NCBI GenBank assembly: GCA_000708835.1
Contig: DF237427.1
Location: 1-64,000, forward strand
Source of the DNA: Klebsormidium nitens
Taxonomy: Eukaryota > Plantae > Klebsormidiophyceae
DNA length: 64,000 nt
Direction of reading: 5' to 3'
Within the stretch, counting starts at the first letter, position 1, and each line of letters begins with the position of its first letter. The position numbers and the translations under genes are program-made. A model generated the notes under the pieces. The model did no database searches. It saw only the letters and a program-made list of their open reading frames with translations, and had not been told where the DNA came from. Shown here piece after piece: positions 1 to 12,436 of this stretch.

Positions 1-385
1 AAAACCTCCTCCACCTTTTCCTACGGTTGCTTCCCCCACCTCATCTTTTGCATCTTCCAACCCCGTAACAACAAGATTGGCTTCCCTCAACACCTTGTCA
101 TGTCTCTCTTGTCTGGCTTGCACCTTTTCCACCTCCGCTCTCACCACACCGCTGTAGGAGGCAACTTTCACTTGTTCCCCCCGGACAACGTGCAACTCCT
201 CATTGAACCGATTGCTTCTCCACCTCCATCAATTGCATCCGGGCTTTCAAACCCTCGTTTTCCTTCTTCAAAAGGCTTACTTCTGACTCTAACGTCTGCA
301 AACGGTCCAACACCGCTGTCATCTCATCTTTCTTCGGCCCCATGCCTCTGACAGCACAACAAATGTCGATATGCAGCAGCAGCAC
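1..385 (-). mobile_element. Decayed, frameshifted ORF1-like fragment of a non-LTR (LINE) retrotransposon; runs off the window start
   Basis: The minus-strand ORF 200-385 gives a coiled coil (TAVLDRLQTLESEVSLLKKENEGLKARMQLMEVEKQ). After a frameshift it continues as ...ASYSGVVRAEVEKVQARQERHDKVLREANLVVTGLEDAKDE..., and after a second shift as EKVEEVF. A coiled coil followed by SY-x-x-VV and NLVVTGLE is typical of LINE ORF1 proteins. No reverse transcriptase is visible in the window. Confidence 0.5.
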
Positions 386-2081
386 TCAGATGGTCATTAC
401 TTTCTCAATTTCTGATGGATCGGGATGATTCTTTAACATGCGTGTTCGTCTTTGCAAGAGCTTTCCAGCCGTATCTCTAACTCAAAAAGTTATGGAGAAT
501 TGCTCCTCCTATCGCAGTTGCTGCACCTCAGACTGGTTGCTGTGCTGTCAAACTCGCGCCTCTGACGGCCCGAGTTTGAGTCCGAAAATCGGCTCACCTA
601 CGGGCCACAATCACTCAATTGCTGCGTGCCATGTACACAACGCTCATGCATGCCAAGAGCGATGAAACTTCTTCGCAGGGGCACGTCTCTGACGTCTCCG
701 AGTCTGTCTCAGGTCACACACACAGTTGTTTGCTGGCGTCAAATTGAGGTGGTGATTAGTGCCCCAACAGAATATTCCTTTTCCAGTGACCCAGCCGCCT
801 GCAGCTGGCCCTTCGCATGCAGCGGAAAAGATTCCATCCGAAGGAATGTGGGTTTAGCATATAATACCGCCCCCTTGCAGATTGCCAGATTGGGCGCTTT
901 TTGCTGGGGCCAGGTACGGCCGCAAGCTGAGCCGCGAGGAGACACGAGGGCAGGTTGGCCAGGAGACCTGTGTTATCAATGCGCTAACTGAGAGAATGGG
1001 CATGTGCTTCGTCGGGAACATGGCGCTGCATTACTCTCGTCATGGGCTGTTCGTCCAATTTTATGATCTGCCAAGACCATCCCAATCAAGGCCGGGCCTG
1101 GCAATAGAATCCCCAAGAAACTCACGTACTGAGAAAGTTTCGAGGTTCTCTGGTTGCCCTGCGAATCCGTGCAGAAGCAGTGAACAGGTGGGGAAGCTGT
1201 GTGATTTGGTGGTGAGGAGTTGGTCCTCAATCAGGGCTTCACACAGTTGGGGGCCACTTCATCAAGTAAGGAAGGTGGGGCAAATGCTGTGTGCTCCCGG
1301 GGTGTATACGGTTTTCCTTCAGCTTCAACTGCAATGCTGATGTTGCCCCCTGCAGTATAGGACGGTTCCAAGCTGCTAAAGCGCGAATTGCAGAAAGCCA
1401 CCTAGCAACTAAGTGTAATCTGGCTGCGCGAATACACACACTAAATGCTGCCAGTAAACCCATGGGAGCTAAGTGCAGCAGGTGTGCTGAGTGGTGCAAG
1501 CTCAATTGAGCTAGCTTTAACCTCGAAGAGGAGAACCATTCCAGACGTTTCACGCCTATATACTGGCTGCATGCTCGCGACTTTAGTCTTCTGGATGAAA
1601 AGGATGCGGAAAAATTGAAACAGTTCTGTGGTTAATTTCCTCAAGAAGTCTCAACAGTGTGACAGCATTGGGATGCTGCCTGATTGCCTTCGTATTTGAT
1701 GCCCAAGAATGCTAACACGCAGGTGATGGTGTACTGCTTCTCAACAACAGCATTCTCTGAATTGCTAGAACTCTACTTCAGAGAGGCGTCAACCTTAGTC
1801 AAGCTCGAATCGCAGTGTTTCAACCAGTGAATCCCACAGGTGTCAAGATTCTGACACATGCAAGACGCCTGATCTCATCTCGCTGCCTGTCCCAATAGGA
1901 CGCAAAACAGAGTGAAGTGATTCTTCGTGTACTTCTCTGATCTAGTGCCCCTTCTCTTTGTTTTCACTTCTCTGAATCATTCAGGCCTAGCTAGGCCCAC
2001 ATGAATCAGACTTCAACACCTCCTCTCTTCATCCCTCTCATGTCACTCCAGTTTACTCAAAACTTGACTCCCACCTGCAGC

Positions 2082-2130
2082 ATGGCGGCATTGCCCGCGC
2101 TCTCTTCCTGCTGGCCTTCCTTTCTGCTGC
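2082..2130 (+). repeat. Degenerate upstream copy of the start codon and signal-peptide region of the purple acid phosphatase gene
   Basis: 2082 atggcggcattgcccgcgctctcttcctgctggccttcctttctgctgc aligns to 2212 atggcggccctccgcgcgctcctcctgctggccttcctggctgctgc with a 2-nt insertion. Both copies are preceded by ...gcag-N. Confidence 0.7.
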
Positions 2131-2211
2131 CCCTTTTCCCTCGTTCATCACTTCAAGGCCCAGCTCATCTTCACTCTATTCAAACCTTCATCCGTCTCTT
2201 CGCCTCGCAGT

Positions 2212-5200
2212 ATGGCGGCCCTCCGCGCGCTCCTCCTGCTGGCCTTCCTGGCTGCTGCTCAGTGCCAGACCAGCAGCAACCCCATCAACTCCACCAGTGG
2301 TGACCCCGTAACCCCCGCCCCTGGCCCCCTCAACAACGGCACTGCCGCTCCGCTTCCTGGACAGCCCGCTACTGCCGCCCCCACTGCTCCTGCAATGAAC
2401 ATCACGCTGTACCCCGCAAACACCAGCTTTTACACTGCAGGCGTGAGTGTCCCTGGGTCAAGAAAGGGGTACTTTTTTTGGGGGACAACTAATTGTATGA
2501 ATTCCGGAATGATTTGAATTACCGTCTGGCAATGCCGCTCGCTTTTCTACAGTATGTAATCTTTTTACTCTGCAATCTCGGGCCTACTTTATATGCACAG
2601 CTTCCGCCGTCCTGCGATGTAAGCGAAGTGTTCGCTTGGTGTTCACGAGTCTTATCTTTCCATATAATCGGTTCGGGAGGGCAATCATCTTAGCTTCAAG
2701 ACCTGCAAATCTATCCAACAATTGCCCTGGAAGTAGTGGTTTATAGCAAAGGAGGGGTGTGCATATCTGCTTTGCTCGCAATCTCAGGTGCATGCAACCT
2801 GTACGTGTGCGGTCTTGCCATTTGATCATGGACTGGCATCTTGACTTGTCAAGCAGAATGTGTCTTTTACAACGATAGATGACTTGAGAGTTGCACATTG
2901 CTTGAATTATCAGTTCAATGACTTTAGATCCGCATCCAATGTCTTGAAATGATATGCATCTGGAGTGCTGACTTGAGGGGACTTGGACACATTGTTAAGA
3001 AATCTCGAGATTAGCAAGGGTGTCACAACCAAAATCTGCTCTGATGAAGCGTTGGTAAAATCCGTCAAGTGTCAGGCATGCATGTGTCAAAGTAAGCTTG
3101 CTCATGTGATCAGCTTTGTCAGTTCTTGTCTTTTGCATGACCCTTTCTTTTAATCGTAAAGCTGATCACAAAGTTGCTCTTTTGCTTGCTGTACATTCTC
3201 AACTACCTTCGAGTTTCGTTGACCAGAAGCGCTTCTGTTCCCATTCGGCCTGGACCCTGAAATTATTAATCTCTTCGAATCCAGGTGCCACAGCAGAAGC
3301 TGTTCTCAACCCTGGGCCTCACCTCAGGTTCCCTGGATGTGCCCCTGACTGACCCGCGCTTCGCTCCCGGGAATGACACCAACGCTCCCGAGCAGATCCA
3401 TCTCAACTACGGGTCCCCGACCAGTGTCGTGGTGTCTTGGGTGACTGGTAATTTTGCAGGCCCGCTTGTAATCATTGCAGTTCACAAGGTTGTGCATCAG
3501 GGCTTGGAAAATGGTGCGAATGCGGTGTCCCATCTTCCCCTCCAAGAACGCGACTTTCGCTTTCTGTATCAGTGTACTTACAGAGCACCTCTGAGTTGGT
3601 TGAGGATATACGAGGTTTCTTGGATGACGTTATAAGAGGTTTCTTATGTTGAAGGCACACCTTCTAGCCGAGAACATTGCATTCTCATGCAAGTCTGTGG
3701 AACCTCACGAGACTACACTGTCTGACCCACGAGCTGACGTCACAACGTTCACATCCCAGGTACTCCGGGCTACAACCAGTCTGCGTTGCCGGCCCCCAAC
3801 ACGGCCGTCCCCTCGACCGTCACCTACGGCACGTCTGCAACCAGCCTGACCCTCAACGCGCCGGGAACCACCACGTACTACAGCCAGATCTACACCGCAC
3901 CCGGAGCGTTCAACTACACCTCGGCCGTGATCCACCACGTCAACATCACAGGTACGTCGTTGAGACGCGTTTTATAATGAAGCGTGTCGGGTGGAAGGAT
4001 TGCGGATGGGTCGAACTTCCGCAATTGACCGTTTTCGCTTTTCTCTTGCCTGCAATGAAGTTGTCCCTTGCAATTGGGTTGTGCCGTTTGATTGCGAGAT
4101 GGTGATACAGAGATTACTTTAGCTCTCTGGCGGCCAAGGACGACATATTCGAACAAACAACGCACTGTTTGACTTGTTTCATAGCATGTGAGCTTCCAGT
4201 GGTCCCTGTACCAGATTCCGCTGCTTCGCTTTCAGAGTTCCGAGTTTTGGTGCATCATGCAGACTTGTTTTGAGCGTAATTGAAATCTTTTCATCCTCGA
4301 ATATTCTTGCCCCCGTTTGACACAAAAGACCTTCCTTTGCCACGAGACGTCCAGCGATTGCGAGCGTCTGATCCTGCGTTTCTCGTGCAGGCCTGACCCC
4401 CAACACGACCTACTTCTACCGCGTGCTGGGCAACACCAACGTCCCCAGCGCGCTCTTCAACTTCACCACCCTGCAGGCGGTCGGGTCCACCTTCTCGCCC
4501 TACCGCATCGGGTGAGCGCAGCCTTTCCGACTTACCGTTCACATGTGCTTCGAAAGTTGGGGACAGCGGAGCCGAGCACCTGTGTAGTGCCGTTATTGGA
4601 GTAATGAGGTGCAAACGGTGCGGTTGAGCCAGACCTCTCTAGTGTAGAGCGTCTTTCCAGTTTGGCATCTCGATTGAAGTTTCCGAGCAGTCTCGAATCA
4701 CCTCACATTTCCGCTGTGACGAGATACGTTTTCCAACTTCTTCTTTGACCCGACAGCCAGTGCTTCTCGAGTGTTCCATCAACCGCATCCGGCTGCTTGT
4801 CAACTGCTTGAAACGAACCGCCCACCTGATTTCTCAAATCAGGATTCGACTGAAGAAAGCAAGCTAAAGAATGACGAAAGAAGGTCACGATACATACTCA
4901 ACCGTACAAGTGTGAGTCTCACCGAACGCGAAGAACCTTGAAAGTCAGGGTGGTAATCCTGCACCGCTGCCTCTTGTTGCAGCCTGGTGGCCGATCTTGG
5001 CAGCACGTACAACAGCACGACGACGCTGGACCACCTGATCGGCAGCCAGCCCAACCTAGTTGTCTTCGTGGGCGACTTCATCTACGCCGACAACTTTTGC
5101 TCCAACGGCTCCCAGAACACCGCGCCCATCACCGGCTGCACCAACCAGACGTACCAGCCCAAGTGGGACGGACTCTTCCGCTGGTCGCAGGTTAGCCGGC

Positions 5201-8200
5201 CGAGTGCCCATGTTTATTTGCATACCCAATCGCGCGGGTTGGTAGCTTCTTGACGGCCTTTTAGGTAGCCTCTGATGTTGTAGCTTAGGGCAGCAGTCTA
5301 AATGTGAAAAGGGTTAGAGCGGCTTTGTTTTGCGGTTCCCGGACCGGCTCGTTGCCTAGATATCTGGCCGGCTCCATTGCCCAAAAACAGCTACCCCTTA
5401 CTTTGTTGAGGAGCTTTGAGGAGCAGTCGTCGGCTCCAAGACGGTGGATGACTGTTTCTTTCCAATGGAATATATGACTGGTTGAACTAGAATGGAGCAG
5501 CTATTCCGTCAAACCAGCGACTGACGAAGCATTGAGTTATTTCGTCAAACCCCGTTCCTGATACTTCCGATATGACCGATCAGCTTCGCCAATCGACTAA
5601 GAGGTTACCCTAAGAAGTTTCATTTATCTTTATGTCACCACCTGTGGCCCCCACGAGCCGTTCCGCTTCCGCGGTTACCATCCTGTTCCCGACATTGTGA
5701 CATTGGCTGTTCTTTCGTCTTGCAGCCTCTGTTCAGCCACGTGCCGTTCCTGGGTGTGATCGGCAACCACGAGATCGAGTCCCAGAAGCCGCCCAACGCG
5801 ACCGACTTCCTGCTCTTCCAAAGCTATCTCGCCCGGACACGCTTCCCCACCACCACCTCCGGCACCCAGGTAGGGACCAAAAAGTTTTCTTCCCCCTGGA
5901 CGCGGATTCGCGATGGATTCGGTCAGTGACAGCTCGTTCAAACGGTAATGTGCCTTAGTGCTCTGCCTTCAAATGTGAAGGTCCCGTCCAGCTTTTTCCC
6001 TTTGCTTGCGTGTTCTCGCGGTCTCGTGCCAGCGGTAAGAGGAGTAGGAGTTCCTGTTTCTCGAGCCCAAACTCCGATTGAAAAGAGAGAAGCTACTAGA
6101 GGCGTGCAATCTTATGCGCAGTGGTGTTTTGAAAGTAGTTCCGGACCCATTTCCCTTTGAGATGCTCTCAAATCAGGGCAGTCGGGTTTTGCTGCTTTGT
6201 CAAACTTGCTGATCGATTTAGCCAAAGCGATTGATTGGTTGCTCAAGAAACTCTGCGCTACAAGTTTGTCAAAGGTATTGTTTTTGCATTTGACTTGCTG
6301 ACCTTCCCTCCTCGTCCATCCGCCATCGATCCTTTTCGTCGAAAGAAAGCCGAAGTCTTGAGCACTTGAAATAGATAAGCAAGTACTAAACGGTGAAATA
6401 CTACGGCCTGATCTGACGGTTGGGCTCCTTTCCGTCGTTCCTCCAGCTGTACTACAGCACGGACGCGCCGGGCGCGCACCTGATCTTCCTGAACCCGTAC
6501 ACGGACTACAACACCACCAGCGCGCAGATGGCGTGGCTCATGAACGACCTCAACACCTTCAACCGCACCAAGTGAGCTTTACGTCAAAAAGTTCCGCGAT
6601 TGTCGGACCACACGCGCTTTTTGTCAATGGTTGCAGAGTCAACTTGCTCAAGATCAAGGGACCCCGCTCTGGTGGATCTAGTTCCTTTAGGATTGCCGAG
6701 ATGCTGACGAACGAGATTACAAAGTCAGCTTGCGGCTTCTCCTGGACGATTTGTTGCTGGCCGGGGGCCCGTTGTTAAAGCTGCTATCAATGAGGACCAC
6801 GGTAGGATGGTTACATGTCGCGCCTCTCGCATATCATAGTATCAGGCAATAGTGTATGTTCCTCACAAGGTGCACGGAACGTCCCTCAATTTCTTCAGGG
6901 CTTTACTTCTTCTGTCTACTCGGTTTGCTACTCAGAAAATCAGCTACGATGAGTCGGCGCGCAATGCCAAACTTCAACCAGAAGTCCGTTCAAAAGCTAA
7001 GGGCCTCACTGCTCTTGATTGTCATTTCCCTGCAGGACGCCGTGGCTGATTGCCTTCTTCCACCCGCCCACCTACAACACGTACGTCAGCCACTTCAAGG
7101 AGGTCGAGTGCTTCCGCCTCGCGGTGGAGCCCACTCTGTACGCGTATGGCGTGGACCTCGTCTACCACGGCCACGTGCACGCCTACGAGGTGCGCGCCAA
7201 AGGCCGTCTTAGTTCGTTCATTTTCTCCCTATTTCTACATACGAAGCGACATTGCGTTGGTCGATTGATCAAACTTTTATATACGAAGCGACGTTGCCTT
7301 GGTCGATTCAATTTCTCCCTGATTCTCACAAACGAAGCGACGTTGCGTTGGTTGCGACTTGAGTGAACCGCGTGCCCAAGTCTTTAATATGCAGACTTCG
7401 ACAAGTCCCGCAGGTTGACGCGCATTTTTGAATGTTGCTGGACTTGCCTTTGCATCGCTCCTGCAGCTTTTTTGCAGTCCTGGTCATTCCCTCAGAACTC
7501 TACAGCGCATTATCTGGGGTATTTAAGCGGACAGGAGGCACGTGGTGCTGCAGGACCCTGTTTCTACGCTGAGTGTCATGCGCGTGCCTGAGGACTGAAA
7601 AGCTTCATTCTGAATGTAACTTTCTGATTCTCGTCCCGTCCTCTCCCTCCGCAGCGCACGAACCGCGTGTACAACTACACAGTGAACGCGTGCGCCCCCG
7701 CTTACACCACCATCGGCGATGGAGGCAACATCGAACAGGTCGCCGCCAACTTCACCGACCCGCCGTGTAAGTCAAGACCCTCCCGAAGCAAACTCGTTCC
7801 TTACTTTCTTCGCTTGGTGTGACGCACGGCGTACCGCAACGAGGCTGTGAGTTCTGCTTCCGTTCCTAATTTGTAAGCTGCACTGGCGTATCTATCTGGA
7901 TAGTTCGACTTTTCGCCAGCAGGGCCACGATTTGCTGTGCGCGACCCTTGGTCGGCAGTCGTGTGAGTTGAACAGCTTCGCAAGCTGCAAACTGTTTTCG
8001 GCTCTGGTTCGCGCGGCTGAAGCTGATATTATGCAAAAATCCGCGAAGGCTCCCCGCGCCGAAGGTTCCGAAATATTATGTACGTGGAATCTGAAAACAT
8101 CGGAGTGGACTGTGCTAACCCGGGAACCTGTTGTTGCTGCTGCAGCCCAATGCCCGTTGAACACCGGCGCTTTGGTGCGTTCTGGTTTCATTGGCAACTG

Positions 8201-9417
8201 CATGACCTACCAGGCAACAGACAATGGCAGCTACTGCCCGCTTTCTCAGGTGAACGACCACCCCGTCACATTTCTCTCGTTACGGACAATAGTCTACACG
8301 GAGCAGCGGTATCCTTTGTCGAATCCAAGTGTCGAGTTGGCGAGTTTGCGGCATGGCGATTGGCACTTTTTTGCATTTCGCTAAGCCGTTGTAGAAGCAA
8401 ACATACATGGTAACACGGAAGGAGCAAGTAACCTGCCTTCGCACCTTGTTCAAACTTTGAATCTGGTTTTCACAAAAGCGCAAATTGCGGCTCCGTTGTC
8501 CTTGCTGTCTCTACGACCCATCCTGCCATTAGAATGGAAACGAGAATTTTCATAAATTTTCAACCACGGACTCACATATATTTGCCTATTCATTACCTGA
8601 AATGTCAATCTTGATCGCAGTAGTTTATGTCCTAGACCGCGCTTCAGAATCGTATGAAACCAACCAGCCCGCATGCAGTTGTCCTACGCACCCGTCTGCT
8701 TTCTTCTCTTACGCCACTCAACCGATGCAAACAACTTTCCCATGATGTTGATCTAATCTTCTTGTCATTTTCACTCGTTGTGCAGCCGTCGTGGTCTGCG
8801 TACCGCGAGCCCAGCTTCGGCCACGGCACGCTCGACATCATCAACGCCACCACCGCCGTCTGGAACTGGCACAGGAATCAGGTGCGGCCCGCAGCATCTC
8901 GGAAACGTCCGACTGTTTGTTCGTTTGGATACCGAGCAGGCCCTCGTCGAGCAGAATTGGTATGGTGCTTGTTTTGGCTGAATGGTACTTCGTTGGAACT
9001 CTGGCTATAGAAACTTCTGTCGCGCTGACGCTCTAACAAGCAAGCCGTGGGCCGTTTTCTTTGCGGGAGAGAGTTGATTGGCAAAGCTGTACCCTCGCTG
9101 AATAAAGTTTCATACCTGTGCCTACACCAATGAGCATACGTGGAAGTGCACGGTGTTCCTTCTTGTTGTTGGCTTCGAACTGGCCTTCGTTGAGTGTCAA
9201 GGCATCAGTTTAGTAACGACTGGGTGGTTGTGTGCAGGACGGTATTGCCGTTGCTGCTGACACGGTGACTTACACCCGGCCTGTCGGAACTCAGTGCTCC
9301 AATCACCTTCAGTATGTCAACGGAACGGAGAGTGCCGGAAAGTCGATTGTCTCCTCGCGCAAGCTGCTTTGGGCAAAAGCTGAAGCAAGCATCAAAAAAT
9401 GCTTCGGCGTCGCTTAG
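2212..9417 (+). CDS. PAP: Secreted purple acid phosphatase (metallophosphoesterase, plant PAP15/PAP23-like), 12 exons, 609 aa
   Basis: Exons: 2212-2442, 3285-3447, 3760-3951, 4391-4511, 4983-5190, 5726-5869, 6447-6571, 7036-7189, 7655-7766, 8146-8249, 8786-8881, 9238-9417. All introns are GT-AG and phase-consistent; total 1830 nt. The protein has a signal peptide ([18 protein letters not shown]), an N-terminal FN3-like PAP domain (PEQIHL...VVVSWVTG; [19 protein letters not shown]), and all five metal-ligand blocks: ADLG, GDFIY, GNHE, FHPP, GHVH. The C-terminal motifs GDGGN and REPSFGHG are present. Confidence 0.93.
7241..7352. repeat. Three dispersed copies of a 21-nt motif in PAP intron 8
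   Basis: acgaagcgac(a/g)ttgc(g/c)ttggt at 7241, 7283 and 7332 (spacing 42 and 49 nt). Confidence 0.8.
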
Positions 9418-10761
9418 ATGAAAATGCATGCATTTGGTGTAATGCTCTGGAACTTAAAACCACTTCGGCATCAAATGCCGGAGGAAAGTTTTGTCCAATC
9501 ATTATTATTGTCAGGCAGTTGAATTCGGTAAGCTCAGTGCCTTTGCACTGTTTGGCAAGCCCCGGCCCCAGGATAGAGCTCAGGCACTCTAGTATGTATG
9601 TATTCACTATCGCGCTTATTCGTTTTTCATTGATTATTCGTAATTCCAGAAGTTCCTCTTCCTCTTTGAATCCACTAGCTGCTCATGCGTTGGAATTCTC
9701 GTCGTGTATGGATTGTAGTTATCAACCAGAATTGAGCTAGGGAGTGGAATTTGACATGATTGGCTATTTCGAAATGAAGTCATTTGCATGCACAGTTCTA
9801 ACTGGACAGCCGAAGGGTTATTGCATAACGGATTGAACAGTGCATAATCGATCAAACACGAATCTACTTTCCGATTCTTTTAACTATCAAATTACTATTG
9901 AATACTTTAATCCGTATGTCATGTGAGCTTAGCGCTTGGAGAGGTTGTTTGATCAACACGCAAAGCTAGGAGTCACACGAATGTTTTAGGGTCATGCAAC
10001 TCAGGCCGAAAGTTTCAATTTGAAGCGTGGCTGAATTGAACAAATGATCAAATAAGGATATGATGCGTCAATAGAGTGATTCAAGGAGCCTTGGTCGCTT
10101 CGATCGGGTACGTTCAAGAGTAGTGGTTGTCAAACAGTACGGTAGTGCGGGTTCAACGTCACCCGGTTGCATCATGGGGGTCGCATTATGCCATGTACCG
10201 GTCGTACGTTTGATCCGACGAATTATTATGGTAATGTTAATTGAATATTACACAAATTTGATGCAATCGAGATCATGATAAAAAGATCGAGACAGTCATA
10301 GATGATGCATGCCATGATCGATCGTTCAATCAATTCAAATACATGCGCTTCGATCGAATGATCATGTGTGGCACATACACTAAAAGCTCGGCAAGTTTAG
10401 CTACCTTTTGACCGTCAGCCTGTTGACTGCAAGTGAGTCCATTGACCCTCGGACTAGGCTAAGTGAGCTTGCTAAATGTTGGAACGTACATGTAATTAGA
10501 TTGGCATGCACCTCATTGGCATCATTTGCATGCCAGTGAATTTGCTAGCTAGCTTTTACTCCAAAACCCTAAAATCCTAAAAAGTGGTCTGATCAATAAT
10601 ATACGTAAATCATATTGTATGAATGATTTGAGGACTCGGAACCATGGTTGCGCAATATTACATACCTACACGCACTATTGCACTCTGTATCTGGACAATG
10701 ATACATAGTCGGCGCTACGTACAATATATCACCGCACAATTGCCGTAGTCAGAAACGCCAC

Positions 10762-10890
10762 AAGACACAAGACAGTAAGGCGCATATTTTGGGGAAGTTT
10801 CTGGGGATTCTCGAGATCGTGGCGGATCTGGATCGTCCATCGGATTCTGGGGAACTTTCAAAAAAATGCGTCTTACTGTCTTACTGTCTT
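10762..10890. mobile_element. MITE-like or foldback element, about 130 bp, with imperfect terminal inverted repeats
   Basis: Left end is aagacacaagacagtaaggcgcat. The reverse complement of the right end (atgcgtcttactgtcttactgtctt) is aagacagtaagacagtaagacgcat. Weaker symmetry continues for about 15 more nt. No clear target-site duplication. Confidence 0.55.
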
Positions 10891-11778
10891 AACTGACATA
10901 TTCAGTAGAACGGTGCTTGGCTCCTCGTCGGCCCTTATGGTTTGCTCGTCGGGACCTACTTTGCCATGATGCCTTATTTGATGAATTCATGTTCACGTTT
11001 GAACGGCCTGTTCGACGAGATGGCTGCAGGCTGCGTTGATTAGGGCCAAGAATCTATGATGCTTCCCTACTAGGAAAGAGCGATGAATTGTATACATCCA
11101 CGTTTCCAACACACAAAAATCCGATCTACGTGCTGGAGAAAGTAGTGACATGAGCGGCATGCAGAGTGCCTGGCATAGCGCCCAGATGTGACATGCGTCA
11201 TGCTCCAAGCACGGATGACCAAAGACGCGATATTCTCGAGAGATGAAATGACTGCAAACATGATAGACGTTACCCTTTGAGCAGAAATGATGGCAAACGT
11301 GATGGCAAACATGACATTCGTCTGTTTATGATCATACATGGCTGCAAACGTCATTATGGAGAAGACATCCAGCGAAACTGACTACAAAACTGGCCGCAAA
11401 AAACCCTAAAACCCTAGAGCATCCATCGACTCTACCCGAACCACATGTCTGAGCGTGTATCCAACCAGTGCAGCAAGACTGGCAACAAAAAAACTTCAAA
11501 CAACACAGCTTATGGCAAACATTGTTGGTATGTTTGCTTTTATTTGAGGGCAACGCCTGAATGTAACATGTCTCTTGTTATTGCACTTGCACATGACATG
11601 TAGCATACATATGTGAAAAAGGGCACAGATGGAATTCTTTTGCGGCTACAGGTTTCACCTCTCTTCTACCGTAGCTCTTAAACCCTAATCACCAAGATGG
11701 GAATCTACCGCCTTCACCTAAAGGTACGGACGCCCGGGAATTCTACTACGGTGTATATGCCTTTGAGGACATTTGAAG

Positions 11779-12219
11779 TCACCATTCAGCCCATCCAAGG
11801 TACCCAAGAAACGCCAGCAGAAGTAGGATGCGATACATGTTTGCTTCTAGAAGGAAGAGTGCTGGAGCGTTTGATGCGGATGTCGGAGGAGGGGCAGAAA
11901 AACTTGTTGAAGGTGCCCTACTGAAGCTGGTTGGACTTGGAGGGGTTGTGGCCGATTTACTAGGCGGGGGTGCATTAGCACAAGCGAAGGAGGCTTTAAC
12001 TGCGCTCTGACAGCTGGTCGTACAATCGAAAACGTTTCCATATGCACTGCTTTTTTGGCAGTCAGTGAGACACTGGTATAGTGCATTTGTACAGGCCTGG
12101 TAATTGTTGAGTTCCTGTTCCGTGGAACTTGCAGACCTGACCACAGAGGCCCATGCCAGAAGCATTCCTAATGAGATAAGGAGCCGGCGCTTACCGATCC
12201 ACCGACGACAGACTGCCAT
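11779..12219 (-). CDS. Small secreted Cys-rich protein with Pro/Ser/Thr linker and C-terminal hydrophobic (GPI-anchor-like) tail, 146 aa, intronless
   Basis: From ATG 12219: a signal-like N-terminus (MAVCRRWIGKRRLLISLGMLLAWASVVRSA), a six-Cys block C-X6-C-X3-C-X11-C-X3-C-X9-C, a linker (APPPSKSATTPPSPTSFSRAPSTSFSAPPPTSAS), and a terminal hydrophobic stretch (RILLLLAFLGYLGWAEW). Confidence 0.7.
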   Translation of the reverse strand: MAVCRRWIGKRRLLISLGMLLAWASVVRSASSTEQELNNYQACTNALYQCLTDCQKSSAYGNVFDCTTSCQSAVKASFACANAPPPSKSATTPPSPTSFSRAPSTSFSAPPPTSASNAPALFLLEANMYRILLLLAFLGYLGWAEW

Positions 12220-12399
12220 TTCAACGGTTGTCGAGTTTGAATGGTTGTCTGACCTTCCTGTTGGGACAACTGAAGCAAGCAGCTGCCTGATGCAGAGAAC
12301 AATTGCGCACAAGCTTAGGAAACTAATCGTTCTGGAATATTCAAGAGCCTTCCGTATTCGCTCTCTTTCTCTCTTGAGCTCTTCAACAAATCTCAAAAA

Positions 12400-12436
12400 C
12401 GGTACCTCGCGGTACTCCGATAACCGCGAGGTACCG
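12400..12436. other. Perfect 14-bp stem, 9-nt loop inverted repeat about 180 nt upstream of the Cys-rich gene ATG
   Basis: cggtacctcgcggt (12400-12413), loop actccgata, accgcgaggtaccg (12423-12436). Confidence 0.85.

Noticed and set aside
400-1900. Continuation of the LINE element or another gene
   Set aside because: All frames are broken by stops, with no endonuclease, RT or other motif recognisable.
10563-10582. Interstitial telomere-like CCCTAAAA motifs (also near 11401)
   Set aside because: Only 1-2 imperfect units, too short to call a telomeric array.
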